Shown here piece by piece: positions 28,128 to 38,598 of a stretch of 64,000 nt of DNA. The notes under the pieces were generated by a model. It was not told where the DNA came from. It was given only the letters and a program-made list of their open reading frames with translations, and ran no database searches. Position numbers and translations under genes: made by a program. This stretch comes from Deltaproteobacteria bacterium (lineage in GTDB: Bacteria > Desulfobacterota > RBG-13-43-22). The number at the start of each line of letters is the position of its first letter. Position 1 is the stretch's first letter. The DNA lies in contig JACRBX010000048.1 in NCBI GenBank assembly GCA_016219225.1, positions 11,952 to 75,951 on the forward strand, written 5' to 3'.

Positions 28128-28542
28128 TGAATAAATCCTGATTGAATGAGGACGCTGATTTTCGCCGATACCCGCAGATAACTATTCTTTATATTCAAAA
28201 TCTTGGCAATCTGCGTCCAAGAAGGAATTTCCTATACTATTGAATTAGGAAATTTCAATACAATTCAGCCAATTGGTTTTCATCCGGAAACTCAAAATTC
28301 CCGGCTGAAGCTTGGCTCACAGGCTTTTAGAAGGAGGTTGTCGTATGGTTGGGCCGCCTGTGATTAGACGAATTGATTCAATTCTTAGTATTTTTCAAAA
28401 AAGGAGTCAAGGATTATATTTTGTCAGGCACTGCTTCGAGGTGCCAAGGGTGCTCTTCTCGACGGCTATGACCGGAGGCGGGACAGGTTGCAAGAGGGCC
28501 TGACCCGCCAGGGGGCCGGGCACTCTTGCTCTTAAGGAGAGT

Positions 28543-30219
28543 TTACTTCGGAGAAATCTTATAGACGGCGTTTTCCACATCGCTGGTTACATAAATGGCC
28601 CCGGAGTCGGAGACTGCGACGCCGGTCAGCATATAGGCCGGCATGAATCCGGACGGAACAGGAAGGCCGACAGCCAGATTGATGACCAAGGGTTTCGCCT
28701 CTCCGGTGGCCGGATCAATCTGGATGAGTTGTCTGGTTCCGGTATCAACCACCAGTATCTTGCCGTCCGGTTTCACGGCGATCCCCTTAGGGGCCGAAAG
28801 TCCCGAAGCAATGACCTTCTTGCTTCCGGTTTTAAGATCGATTTTGGTAACCCGGCCGGCCCCGAACTCGGTGACATACACGGCCCCAGGTCCGGCTTTG
28901 GCCAGATAGGTCGGAACGGCCAGGTCTTTGGCGATCGGGGTCCGCTGTTTGCCTTCTTTGTCTGCAACCCGCAAAATACTTCCCGTACCGACCTCGGCCA
29001 CCAGGATACTCCCGTCATCCAGCATCAGGGTGCCGGTGGGGGTTTTGAATCCCCTGATAACATACAGCAGGTTATCCGTCTTACGGTCAAAGACCTGAAC
29101 GGCATTGGTGAACCAACCGGACATCAAAACAGTATCCCCGTGGATGGAAGCGGTGTTCGGGAAGGCCGCGCCCTTGTTGGGATCTTTGATCGATCCGGTA
29201 AATCCGTCAATCCTTTTATAAGTAAAATTGTCCGCCACGTAAAGGGTGTCTCCATCGGGATCCGTTGCGACGGCGATCCCTTGAGGACAGGCCAATTTCC
29301 CTTCTATGACGGTCCGGACCTTTCCTGTTTTCACATCCACCTCATAGAGACTGTTATTTCCCATATTACTGACAAACATCCGGTCTTTCGAATCGATGGC
29401 CAGGTTGTCGAGATGGGACTCCAATTGGGCGACCACCTTTTTTTTACCGGTCCTGATGTCCACCTGGACCACCTCGCCCGTGGCTGTGTCCAGGACAAAA
29501 AGATTTCCCTTGGAATCAAACTTGGCCGCTGCCGGGACCTTGAAGCCGTCGGCGACAATCTCCACTTTACCGGTTTGCACATCTACTTTGGCCACCTGTC
29601 CCTTGAACCATAGAGGCCCATAGATGTAGCCATCGGCCCCGACCCGGAAGGCATTGAGACCGCCGAGCTTTTCGGCAATTTTTCGGTTCTTCTGCCCTCC
29701 CGAGAGGTCCATCTCCCACAGGGCATCCCCCAGGAATACCTGGGATACAAAAACGCGTCCGTCTTTACTGGCCGCTATGGAGTTGGCCCCGGGCATATTA
29801 TCGGCCAGGGTGACAGTTTTTCCATCCGCACCTTTAGCAAAGACCTTTCCCAAAAAAAAGGCGTTCCAGATAACCCTTCCACCCGGTTCAAAAATGAGGT
29901 CATCGGCGCCGCCGGTGGGAGGAGGTAAAAACATCATGGTCTCGCCGGTTTCTTTATTGATGCGATAAGTTGCCAGACCGGCCACGGTGCCTCCATAAAG
30001 GGTATCCTGGCTGTCAAAGGCCAAACCGTTCAGACCGGTAAAATGGCAACCGGGAACGAGGACCTGGATCTTGTACCCTGGATCCAGAACGGTCGGCATG
30101 GTGGTGCTAAATGCTTTGACTTGTGCCGGGGCAAGAATAAGGAAACAGAAACCAATGAAAATGACCATAGATCTTACGACAAGACTCCCTGAAACCAGTT
30201 TCCAATTCTTTTTCTTCAT
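28543..30219 (-). CDS. Secreted beta-propeller repeat protein (NHL/YncE-like)
   Basis: N-terminal signal peptide, then repeated G..YV.D....V..D-type propeller blades. Confidence 0.6.
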   Translation of the reverse strand: MKKKNWKLVSGSLVVRSMVIFIGFCFLILAPAQVKAFSTTMPTVLDPGYKIQVLVPGCHFTGLNGLAFDSQDTLYGGTVAGLATYRINKETGETMMFLPPPTGGADDLIFEPGGRVIWNAFFLGKVFAKGADGKTVTLADNMPGANSIAASKDGRVFVSQVFLGDALWEMDLSGGQKNRKIAEKLGGLNAFRVGADGYIYGPLWFKGQVAKVDVQTGKVEIVADGFKVPAAAKFDSKGNLFVLDTATGEVVQVDIRTGKKKVVAQLESHLDNLAIDSKDRMFVSNMGNNSLYEVDVKTGKVRTVIEGKLACPQGIAVATDPDGDTLYVADNFTYKRIDGFTGSIKDPNKGAAFPNTASIHGDTVLMSGWFTNAVQVFDRKTDNLLYVIRGFKTPTGTLMLDDGSILVAEVGTGSILRVADKEGKQRTPIAKDLAVPTYLAKAGPGAVYVTEFGAGRVTKIDLKTGSKKVIASGLSAPKGIAVKPDGKILVVDTGTRQLIQIDPATGEAKPLVINLAVGLPVPSGFMPAYMLTGVAVSDSGAIYVTSDVENAVYKISPK

Positions 30220-30241
30220 TTCCTTTCCTCCTTTTCGTTAT

Positions 30242-30460
30242 TGATGGAATCGTAAAAAAACGCTGAAACCCGCATCACGTCATTCCGGCGAAAGCCGGAA
30301 TCCAGGGAATTCAACTATTCCTGGACCCCGGCTTTCGCCGGGGTGGCGGCCTCGGGAAATTTTTACATAGTCATCTGTATTGATGAGTTCGTAAAAAACC
30401 CTTGAGACCTCAATTGTGTCATTCCCGTAGTCATCAGTATTGTGCCTGTCTTTTGTCCAA
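30242..30460. repeat. Imperfect ~100-bp direct repeat containing a 22-bp-arm palindrome
   Basis: attgatggaatcgtaaaaaaac...gtcattcc and attgatgagttcgtaaaaaacc...gtcattcc; the first copy carries ccggcgaaagccggaatccagg...cctggaccccggctttcgccgg. Confidence 0.6.
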
Positions 30461-30466
30461 TACGTT

Positions 30467-31774
30467 TTACTTCCCGAGCATCAAATCGGGCAGAAAGGTG
30501 GCTAATTGGGGGAACAGGAAAAGCAAGGCCCCCACGACGACAAAACTGGCCAGAAAGGGAACCACGCCGGAATAGATGACATTAAAGGACTCGCCGGTGA
30601 TGTTCTTAACCACAAACACACTGATGGCCACCGGCGGGATGATCGTCCCGACCATCAGGGTAACCCCGATCATAACGCCGAACCAGATAGGGTCATAGCC
30701 GAGCTTTTGGACCGCCGGATAGAGGATCGGCGTGACCAGGATCATAAAGGCCAGGTCATCGATAAAGGACCCGCCCAGCAGGTAGAAGAGAAAAATGATG
30801 ACCATGACGAGCACCCGAGGGAAAGGGAGAGCTGCCAGCCAATCGCCGGCGGTCTGGGGGATTTGGGTGATAGCCAGAAAGTGGCCCAGAATGGCCGAGC
30901 AGGCGATGAGGATAAGGACCATCACCGCCGCCCTCAGGGACTCATCGATAGACTTGACAAATCCCTTGAAGGTCAGGCTCCTCCGGAGTAAGGCCAGGAT
31001 CAGGACCGCAATGGTTCCGATGGTCCCGGACTCGGTCGGGGTAAAGATACCGGCCATCAGACCGCCGATGACGATCCCGAAGATGATGGCCACGGAAATG
31101 AATTCCGGCAGGGAACGCATTTTTTCTCCAAAGGTGAATTTTTCTGTGCTCCTCGGACCAAGGGTCGGGTCGACCTTGCACCAGACGTAGATAATACCGA
31201 CAAAAAAGGTGCAGATAAGCAATCCGGGTATGAGGCCGGCCAGAAAAAGACGGCCGATGGATTGCTCAGTCATGATGCCATAAATAATCATGGTGATACT
31301 CGGCGGGATGAGAATGCCGATGGTGCCGACACTGGCCACAATTCCGGTGGACAACTTTCTGCTATAATTATACCGGGTCATTTCCGGGACGGCCACACTG
31401 GAAAAGGTGGCGGCCGTGGCCAGGGTCGAGCCGCACATGGCCTTAAAAAGAGTAGCGGCCACGACGGTGGCCATAGCCAGGCCGCCGGGGACGCGGCCCA
31501 CCAGTTTGTAGGCCGCTTCATAAAGCTTCTTGGCGATGCCGGCGTTAAAGGCAATCTGTCCCATGAGCATGAAGAGCGGAACGACGGTCAGGCTATAGGA
31601 GGACAGAACGTCAAAAAAATCCTGGGCCATGAGACTATAGGCGGCGTCAAAACCGGAGAGAATGGCAAAGCCGCAAATACCGACCATGGCGATTCCAAAG
31701 GCGATCTCAACCCCGGTGAGGAAGAAAAAAATCAGGAAAAGACAAGCCGAAAGGCCTAAGACATATTCATTCAT
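30467..31774 (-). CDS. dctM: TRAP transporter large permease DctM
   Basis: 435 aa polytopic membrane protein with typical DctM sequence. Confidence 0.85.
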   Translation of the reverse strand: MNEYVLGLSACLFLIFFFLTGVEIAFGIAMVGICGFAILSGFDAAYSLMAQDFFDVLSSYSLTVVPLFMLMGQIAFNAGIAKKLYEAAYKLVGRVPGGLAMATVVAATLFKAMCGSTLATAATFSSVAVPEMTRYNYSRKLSTGIVASVGTIGILIPPSITMIIYGIMTEQSIGRLFLAGLIPGLLICTFFVGIIYVWCKVDPTLGPRSTEKFTFGEKMRSLPEFISVAIIFGIVIGGLMAGIFTPTESGTIGTIAVLILALLRRSLTFKGFVKSIDESLRAAVMVLILIACSAILGHFLAITQIPQTAGDWLAALPFPRVLVMVIIFLFYLLGGSFIDDLAFMILVTPILYPAVQKLGYDPIWFGVMIGVTLMVGTIIPPVAISVFVVKNITGESFNVIYSGVVPFLASFVVVGALLFLFPQLATFLPDLMLGK

Positions 31775-32238
31775 TTTTCCCCTCCCTGGTCATAAAAAAT
31801 TTCAGCCACCGATACGAGGCACTGGGCCAGACTACTGATGGCCAGGCCAAAAACCACCGGGTAGAAAGGGAGTCTCAAGCTGAGGGTCACCGACCGGGTG
31901 TCGATAAACTTTTTCCCCATGAGGATAAAATACCAGGCCGCTATGAGAAACATGCAAAACACCAGGATTCTTGTGATGATTCGAAGGATCCTCCGTGGTC
32001 GGGGCCCAAGCTTATCAATCAGAAGATCCACATAGACCTGGGCCTTCATCTGTGATGCCCGGGGCAGGGCAAATCCGGTAACCAAAGCCCCTAAGAAAGC
32101 GACGACTTCGTAGACCCCGACGATCGGTCTCCCCACAAATCGCAGAACAATGTCCGAGAAGGTGAGCACCATCATGATGAGCAGGACTATCCCGGCAATC
32201 ACGGACAATAAGCTGGACAAACGATTGACCCATACCCG
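31771..32238 (-). CDS. dctQ: TRAP transporter small permease DctQ
   Basis: Start placed at MRVWVNRL with AGGAGG 7 nt upstream; the tracked ORF's N-terminal extension runs into the intergenic repeat. Confidence 0.7.
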   Translation of the reverse strand, partial: RVWVNRLSSLLSVIAGIVLLIMMVLTFSDIVLRFVGRPIVGVYEVVAFLGALVTGFALPRASQMKAQVYVDLLIDKLGPRPRRILRIITRILVFCMFLIAAWYFILMGKKFIDTRSVTLSLRLPFYPVVFGLAISSLAQCLVSVAEIFYDQGGEK

Positions 32239-32262
32239 CATAGGTATCCTCCTTGACTGTAT

Positions 32263-32370
32263 TAAGCCTTCATGCCCCATGGGCAAACCACAAATAATGA
32301 AATATCGAACATCGGATGTCGAAGGAAGGCAAGAACAAATTATTTCATGATTCGAAATTCGATATTCAAA
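32263..32370. repeat. Intergenic repeat module copy plus CGAATAT-type 7-mer array
   Basis: taagccttcatgccccatgggcaaaccacaaataatgaaatatcgaacatcggatgtcgaagg...ttcgaaattcgatattc. Confidence 0.65.
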
Positions 32371-32550
32371 GCGTCCAGGGGCCAGGGGTTCAAGGGGCAA
32401 GGTTTTTACACTTGCAACCTGCAACTTGAAACGTGTATCTTTCTTCTTTAACTCAACCCTGCCCCCTGATCCCCGACCCCTGAATCCTGATTCCGTTCTT
32501 CATGCGTGCAACCGCAACTTGAAACTTACAACTTGCAACTTTTTTTCTCA

Positions 32551-33579
32551 TCACGGATTAGGATTGGCTTTCAGCCAGTCCTGAAGGAATTTCAGGGATT
32601 CCTCTCCGGGCAATCCCAGCTTTTTCATGCTTTTCACATAATCATCCAGGATGGGTTTCATCTTCTGACCTGACAGGGCGACCTCTTCTTTGGAGATCTT
32701 AAAGACCTTCGCGCCTTTGGAAACCGCGAAATCGATGCCCTCCTTGTCGATATCGTCCCAGGCCAGGGCGGTTTTCTCGATCCATTCCTTACTGACCTGC
32801 TCCAAGGCCTTTTGAAATTCCGGCGGCAAAGCGGCCCACTTGGCTTTATTCATCACCACGCCCATGGCGTTGGTATAGCCGATACCGTCATTGATCTGCA
32901 CCCCCCGGAGCAGGTCGCCGAATTTCCACCCCTTCAGGCTTTCCACCGGCAGCAGGGAACCGGCGATGACGCCCCTCTGAAACCCTTCATAAGAGTCAGC
33001 CAGGGGGATGGAAACGGGTATGCCGCCCATGGCCGTAACGATCTTGGCCGTGTCACCGGCGCAGCGCACCTTGACCCCTTTCAGGTCATTGATAGAGGCC
33101 AACGGTTTCAGGGTCGCAAAATGTCCCGGGCTGGTGGTATAGAAATAAAGGATCTTGACGTCATCGTATTCCTTGGGCTTGAACTTTTCATACCAGGCGT
33201 TGAACATCCGGGTGCCCTGACGGGCGCTCTTCACCCCCAATGGAAGGTAGATGGCCTCCGTCAATGGGAAACGGCCGGCGTTATATTGCTGGGTAACCAT
33301 GCTGATATCCGCTATGCCCTTGACAGCCGCCTCATAGGCCTGATTGGCCGGGACCAGGGTGCCCCCCGGAAGATAGGTGATCTTAACCTTTCCATTGGTG
33401 CGCTTTTCCACTTCCTTGCACCACTGATCCGCCAGGACAGCCATCTTGTGGACCGGCGGGAAAAAGTTGGCATACTTGAAGCGAAATTCCTTTTCTTCAG
33501 AACGGGCCGGACTACCGGCAGCCAAAACAAAAAACATAGCCAAACTGCAAATCAAACTAACCATTCCAAGTTTTTTCAT
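32551..33579 (-). CDS. dctP: TRAP transporter substrate-binding protein DctP
   Basis: Signal peptide plus DctP-family periplasmic domain; 342 aa. Confidence 0.8.
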   Translation of the reverse strand: MKKLGMVSLICSLAMFFVLAAGSPARSEEKEFRFKYANFFPPVHKMAVLADQWCKEVEKRTNGKVKITYLPGGTLVPANQAYEAAVKGIADISMVTQQYNAGRFPLTEAIYLPLGVKSARQGTRMFNAWYEKFKPKEYDDVKILYFYTTSPGHFATLKPLASINDLKGVKVRCAGDTAKIVTAMGGIPVSIPLADSYEGFQRGVIAGSLLPVESLKGWKFGDLLRGVQINDGIGYTNAMGVVMNKAKWAALPPEFQKALEQVSKEWIEKTALAWDDIDKEGIDFAVSKGAKVFKISKEEVALSGQKMKPILDDYVKSMKKLGLPGEESLKFLQDWLKANPNP

Positions 33580-33724
33580 AATGTCCTCCCTTTATAAAAA
33601 ATCTGATTTTTCAAAACTCCCAAAATTTCTTCCGGTTTTTTTTCCTCTTCGAATAAAGCCCATCGCCTCCTTCGTCTACAAAAATGGATTGCTTTTAAAT
33701 TCCGAAATCCGAAATTGAAACGCC

Positions 33725-35377
33725 TTACCCCTTTTTTTCTTCCTCCACCAGCATCCGCCTCAGTATCTTTCCGGCGGCACTTTTAGGAAGTTCCTGTTTG
33801 AACTCAATGGCCCGGGGCCGCTTGTAGGCGGACATGTTGTCCTTGCACCAGGAAAGGATTTCCGCCTCCGTGATTTTGCCGGCATAGCCCTCCTTTAAAA
33901 TGATAAAGGCCTTGGGGGTCTCACCCCGGTAAGGGTCGTTCACTCCGATCACGGCGGCTTCTTTCACCGCCGGGTGCTTATATAGGAGGTCTTCCACCTC
34001 GGCCGGAAAAACGCTGAATCCGGAACACTTGATCATTTCCCTGGAACGGCCCAATAATTTCAGGTACCCTTCCTCGTCCATAAGCCCTATATCTCCGGTA
34101 TGAAGCCAGCCGTCTTTGAGGACTTGACTGGTCTCCTCCGGTTTGTTCCAGTAGCCCTCCATCATGGAACCCGCTTTGATAATGACCTCTCCTTCCTCGT
34201 TTGGTCCCAGCTCCTTTGTCCCGGTCTCCCGGTCAACGATCTGGAGTACATTATTAGACCCTGGAATACCCACAAAACCGGGCTTGTAGCGGAACAGGGG
34301 GGTGCAGGTGCCGCCTGAGGACATGGTTTCCGTGAGCCCATAGCCTTCACCGATGACCGTGTTAGGCATGAGGGCCTTTAATTTTTTTTGGAGCTCCACG
34401 GAGATGGGTGCCCCGCCGGTCCAGAGACACCGGAAGGAGCTGAAGTCATAATCCTCGACATTGGGCAGGTTCAGCAGGGCAATCACCATGGTGGTAGCGC
34501 CGACCCAATAGGTACACCGATACCGGGAAATGGCCTGGGCCACCACCTCCGGGACGAAGCGGGCTAAAATAACGACCCGGGCGCCGGCCGCCAGCGGGGT
34601 GCACATCAGGTTGATCTGACCCATGACATGAAAAAAGGGCGCCACCCCCAAGAAGATATCGTCTTCCCGGTGGTGGTACCAATGGAGGGACACAAAGCTC
34701 GCCGAAGCCAGGGCATAATGGCTGATCATGGCCCCTTTGGGGGTGCCGGTCGTGCCTCCGGTATACTGTAAAACCGCCAGCTCTTTTTTCAGATCGGTTA
34801 CCTGGCACAGGGGTTCATCTTTAGACTGTCTGATGAAAGTCTCAAAAGCCAGGGTATCGGGAAAAGACCGGCCGGCCAGGCCGGCTTCCGGCGGCAGAGG
34901 CAGCAGGGGCTTTTCCGGAAGATAGTCTTTGAGAGAAGTAAGGATAACCTTTTTTAGGGGCGTCCGGGACCTTACTTTTTCCACTTCCGGGTAAAGGGCG
35001 TCCAGACCGATCAGGGTCTGGGCCCCGGCGTCGTTCAGTTCGTGTTCCAGTTCGGCCTGCTTGAACATGGGGTTGACCGGGACGACGATGGCGCCGGCCC
35101 TTTGTATCCCGAAATAGGCCATAACGAACTGGGGACAGTTCTCCATATGAAGGGCCACCCGATCGCCCTTCTTGACCCCCAGATCGACCAGCCCCCAGGC
35201 TATGGCGTCAATGGTTCGATTAAGCTCCTGATAGGTGATGTCCCGGCCATAAAAGGTGAGGGCTATCCGTTCGGGTGTCAGTGCCGCCCATTCCCGTATA
35301 TATTCGGACGTGGGCTTATCCACGGTAAAGGTCTTAGGGACCCAAGAGGGCCAGACTTTGTACCATCTGTATTCCAT
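33725..35377 (-). CDS. AMP-dependent acyl-CoA synthetase/ligase
   Basis: AMP-binding motif LQYTGGTTGTPKGAM and C-terminal PKSAAGKILRR. Confidence 0.85.
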   Translation of the reverse strand: MEYRWYKVWPSWVPKTFTVDKPTSEYIREWAALTPERIALTFYGRDITYQELNRTIDAIAWGLVDLGVKKGDRVALHMENCPQFVMAYFGIQRAGAIVVPVNPMFKQAELEHELNDAGAQTLIGLDALYPEVEKVRSRTPLKKVILTSLKDYLPEKPLLPLPPEAGLAGRSFPDTLAFETFIRQSKDEPLCQVTDLKKELAVLQYTGGTTGTPKGAMISHYALASASFVSLHWYHHREDDIFLGVAPFFHVMGQINLMCTPLAAGARVVILARFVPEVVAQAISRYRCTYWVGATTMVIALLNLPNVEDYDFSSFRCLWTGGAPISVELQKKLKALMPNTVIGEGYGLTETMSSGGTCTPLFRYKPGFVGIPGSNNVLQIVDRETGTKELGPNEEGEVIIKAGSMMEGYWNKPEETSQVLKDGWLHTGDIGLMDEEGYLKLLGRSREMIKCSGFSVFPAEVEDLLYKHPAVKEAAVIGVNDPYRGETPKAFIILKEGYAGKITEAEILSWCKDNMSAYKRPRAIEFKQELPKSAAGKILRRMLVEEEKKG

Positions 35378-35391
35378 ATTCCACCTCCTGA

Positions 35392-36846
35392 TTAATTTAA
35401 AAAATAACCGATGACATTTTCACCGGCCAGCCATCCGGACACCAGGGCAAACCCGCAGGCCGCCCCGGCGGCGATCATATCGTAACTATCCCCGTACAGC
35501 CCGCCAGCATCGTTGCCGACCGCATAGAGACCGGGGATGACCTGGTCGGCATGGTCGAGGACCTCGGTTTTCTCATTGATCTTAATGCCTCCATTGGTCC
35601 CGCAAAAATCGCCAAAGCACTTGAAGGCGTAGAAGGGAGGTCTTTGAACCGGCCGTAGATACAACCGATCCTTAGCAAAGGCCTCGTCGTAACCTTTTTC
35701 ACAGAACCGGTTGTAGACCTCGACGGTTTTTTTAAAAACTGCGGGGGTGACCTCCATCTTCAAGGCCAGATCTTCGATGGTCCCGGCCACCATGATGTTC
35801 CGATTCTTTTTGGCCAGGGCTTCCTTCAATTCATCATCGAAACCGGTTAACCGGGTCCCGGGGGGCACAAACATGCCCACACCGACATCGACCCCTTTTT
35901 CCACAAAATAGTGCCGGGCCTGGTCATCAAAGATCCTGAAGACGAAGCCCCCTTTCTGGCGGGCCATGGCATTTCCGCAATAAATCGAATTATGGACAAT
36001 GGCCTCGTCGCAGAAGCGGAGACCCTGCTGGTTGATCCATAGCTCGGGCTGGCGAACGGCGGCCACGATATGTCCGGCCGGTTTTAGGCCGGGTCCGACC
36101 GGACCGCCGGAGGAAAAATTGAGCACTCCCAGGCCTTCCTTGGCTGCCCCGACGGCCCAGGCCATACGGAGACCCTCACCGTATTTCTCAAAATTCCCCA
36201 GGGGAAAAAGATTGCCCCGGAGGTCCAACCCCGTATATTTTTTGATCAGCTCCGGGTCATTGGCATAACCGCCGGTGGCAATGATCACCGCCCTGGCCGA
36301 GACCGCAGTCTGCCGGCCTTCCTGATCTTCCACCAGGACACCGGTAACCGGGCCGTCGTCCTGCCGCCTAAGCTGTTTGACGGCGGTCTGGTATTGTATG
36401 GCAACCCCTTTTTCGACGGCCCGAGAAAGCAGGACCTTGATCACAGCCGCGCCGCGTCCTTTGAAAAGGTGCCAGGTCCTGGGGGCCCCTGGCCAGAAAG
36501 AAGAGGGCTCGGTGAATTCAACACCCATCTGTTCAAGCCAGTCGATAGTAGCGGCCGATTTATCCACAAAGGCCCTGACCAGGGAAGCGTTGGCCTTCCA
36601 ATGACTATAGTCCATGATGGCTTTAAAGGCCTCGTCCCGGGTGACCCGTACATTCCGTTTCTTCTGCAGGGTGCTTTCGGCCCCGAACATGCCTTCAGGG
36701 AACCGGGTACTGCCGCCGGCCACGTTCATCTTCTCATAGACTTTGACCCTCAGATCGCTTTCTGAAAGGGCGAGGGCCGCCATGAGACCGGCCCCCCCGG
36801 CCCCGGCTATCACTACATCGCACTTTGTTTTTTCGTCATTACCCAT
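35392..36846 (-). CDS. FAD-dependent oxidoreductase (fumarate reductase/KstD-like flavoprotein)
   Basis: CDVVIAGAGGAGLMAA dinucleotide-binding motif; start set at MGNDEK with AAGGAGG 9 nt upstream. Confidence 0.7.
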   Translation of the reverse strand: MGNDEKTKCDVVIAGAGGAGLMAALALSESDLRVKVYEKMNVAGGSTRFPEGMFGAESTLQKKRNVRVTRDEAFKAIMDYSHWKANASLVRAFVDKSAATIDWLEQMGVEFTEPSSFWPGAPRTWHLFKGRGAAVIKVLLSRAVEKGVAIQYQTAVKQLRRQDDGPVTGVLVEDQEGRQTAVSARAVIIATGGYANDPELIKKYTGLDLRGNLFPLGNFEKYGEGLRMAWAVGAAKEGLGVLNFSSGGPVGPGLKPAGHIVAAVRQPELWINQQGLRFCDEAIVHNSIYCGNAMARQKGGFVFRIFDDQARHYFVEKGVDVGVGMFVPPGTRLTGFDDELKEALAKKNRNIMVAGTIEDLALKMEVTPAVFKKTVEVYNRFCEKGYDEAFAKDRLYLRPVQRPPFYAFKCFGDFCGTNGGIKINEKTEVLDHADQVIPGLYAVGNDAGGLYGDSYDMIAAGAACGFALVSGWLAGENVIGYFLN

Positions 36847-36912
36847 GTTCATCATCCTCCTTGGCCTATTGCCGGCAGGAGTGCTTCGGGCCTTCATAAA
36901 GAGAAACTTCCC

Positions 36913-38403
36913 TTATAGCTTGGGAGGAAAGGCCGGAAGTTCATCGAATAAAGGGTGTCCTTCCCGGTTCTCCACCCTGGCCGCCCGCTTAGCCGCGGCT
37001 TTGTAGCGGGGAAAATCGGCCAACTGCAATATGGACATCTTCTGGGCCTCGAGCGAACCCTCGGCATGAATGGTCAGCACATCTTCATAGGAAGAAGTCA
37101 GGTCCCTGACCAGCTTGACCATGCGCAGCCGTTCTTCCGTGGGGACACCGGCCTTGCCACCCAGATATTTGTCCAGAAGGTCATGAGTCTCGGGATTGAA
37201 AAAGTCTTTGGCCGAGGGACAGGTGGCCACGATCCCGCCGGCGATGTCCTGGATATATTTGGTGGCTTCATGCCAGTTATTGGCGAACTGATATTTGCAG
37301 ATATTGGCGATCATCGGATTGGGGTAAACAAAATCCGAATCCTCCTCCTTAATGCAATGTTCCACTGCCGCCCGGCCCAGGGTCTCGATCATCTCCGTAT
37401 ACATGACCAGCCAGGTGAGTTTTTCACGGATGTGGGATACCTTTTCAATGCCGTTGTACTCGGCCATCAGGGCCGCGGCACCGGTAAAAAGCTCCAGCTC
37501 CATGGCCTTGTAGGTCTCGGCGCTTAGACGATGGAAATTGGCGAACATATAGGCCACCTGACCGGCAAATTCCCATTCGCCTTTCAGAAAGAGGCGCTCG
37601 TTAGGGATAAAGACATCATCAAAAATGATGGTGGCGTCATTGATAAAGACGCTGCCGGCAATGTGGTGATCGAATAAACTCACCCCTTCGCTCACCTCCG
37701 GCTCGGCCGAAATAAGGGTGATGCCTTTGGCATTGAGGGGTGCCCCGAAGGCGAGGGCATAAGCCTTGTCATCCTCTTTCATGGCCCGGCAGGGGGCGAT
37801 CAACACTTCATTGCATAAGGGGGCCTGGCTGATATGGGTCTTGGCTCCGCGGACGATGACGCCGTCTTCCCGTTCTTCGACGATCCGCAGATAATAGTCC
37901 TGATGTCCTTTCTGCTGTGAGGGGCGCAGACTCCGATCGCCCTTGACATCGGTCAAACCCATGGCAAAGGATAGATCGTTTTTTTGCAGATGCCGGCGGT
38001 AGGCCTCCACATTGGCGGCGTAATGGGTGCCATATTTTTTATCGATCCTGCGGCTGACTACGGTCACCGAATTCAGGCCGTCCTTGGCCACGAACTTGGC
38101 CCCGGAGGGTTTTCCGAAACTAACCCTGGCCCAAAGTTTGACCATCTCCCGGAGCCGGAAAAGGTCCTCTTGGGTCCGCTGAGGCATGAGGGCGAAACTG
38201 ACCCTTTCGCCGTCTTCATCCAATTCCGTGAGAAGGTCCTGGTACCTGGGGTCCTGATTGAGGACATAATCCATGGCCACCCAATCGCGGCAGATCTTCA
38301 GAATCGGGTGTTCGGTCACATCGGGAATTTTTTCGCCGTTTAAGTACATGACCCGGCCGTCTTTCAGGCTGTTGATGTATTCTTGTGGTGTTTTAAGTGC
38401 CAT
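36913..38403 (-). CDS. 4-hydroxybutyryl-CoA dehydratase/vinylacetyl-CoA isomerase (AbfD)/HpaB-family flavoenzyme
   Basis: Family-typical length and sequence; start set at MALKTPQEY with AGGAGA upstream. Confidence 0.7.
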   Translation of the reverse strand: MALKTPQEYINSLKDGRVMYLNGEKIPDVTEHPILKICRDWVAMDYVLNQDPRYQDLLTELDEDGERVSFALMPQRTQEDLFRLREMVKLWARVSFGKPSGAKFVAKDGLNSVTVVSRRIDKKYGTHYAANVEAYRRHLQKNDLSFAMGLTDVKGDRSLRPSQQKGHQDYYLRIVEEREDGVIVRGAKTHISQAPLCNEVLIAPCRAMKEDDKAYALAFGAPLNAKGITLISAEPEVSEGVSLFDHHIAGSVFINDATIIFDDVFIPNERLFLKGEWEFAGQVAYMFANFHRLSAETYKAMELELFTGAAALMAEYNGIEKVSHIREKLTWLVMYTEMIETLGRAAVEHCIKEEDSDFVYPNPMIANICKYQFANNWHEATKYIQDIAGGIVATCPSAKDFFNPETHDLLDKYLGGKAGVPTEERLRMVKLVRDLTSSYEDVLTIHAEGSLEAQKMSILQLADFPRYKAAAKRAARVENREGHPLFDELPAFPPKL

Positions 38404-38598
38404 TTTTATTCTCCTTTGAATTTTATAGTTAATCAGTTGTGAACGATTTGGAAAAAGTTGAAAAATGCCCTGCCGGGTTTCCCCTTCAGGCCCAACCGGT
38501 CCTTCGAAGGGCCTTTTAGAGACCCTGCCCATATCAACTACTGAACGGTCAGTCTATCATTTAGGCAAAAAAAACAGTGCCCCTATTGCTTTGTTCTT

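Noticed and set aside
28128-28542. Sigma-54 promoter upstream of the Fe-ADH gene (TGGACG-N4-TTGC on minus strand)
   Set aside because: The -24 element is one base short (TGGAC-G instead of TGGCAC-G), which breaks the invariant spacing.
31771-32424. 217-aa version of dctQ and 554-aa version (TTG start) of the 48076-49740 ligase
   Set aside because: Both N-terminal extensions translate straight through the intergenic tandem repeats. Internal Met codons with proper SDs give family-typical lengths.
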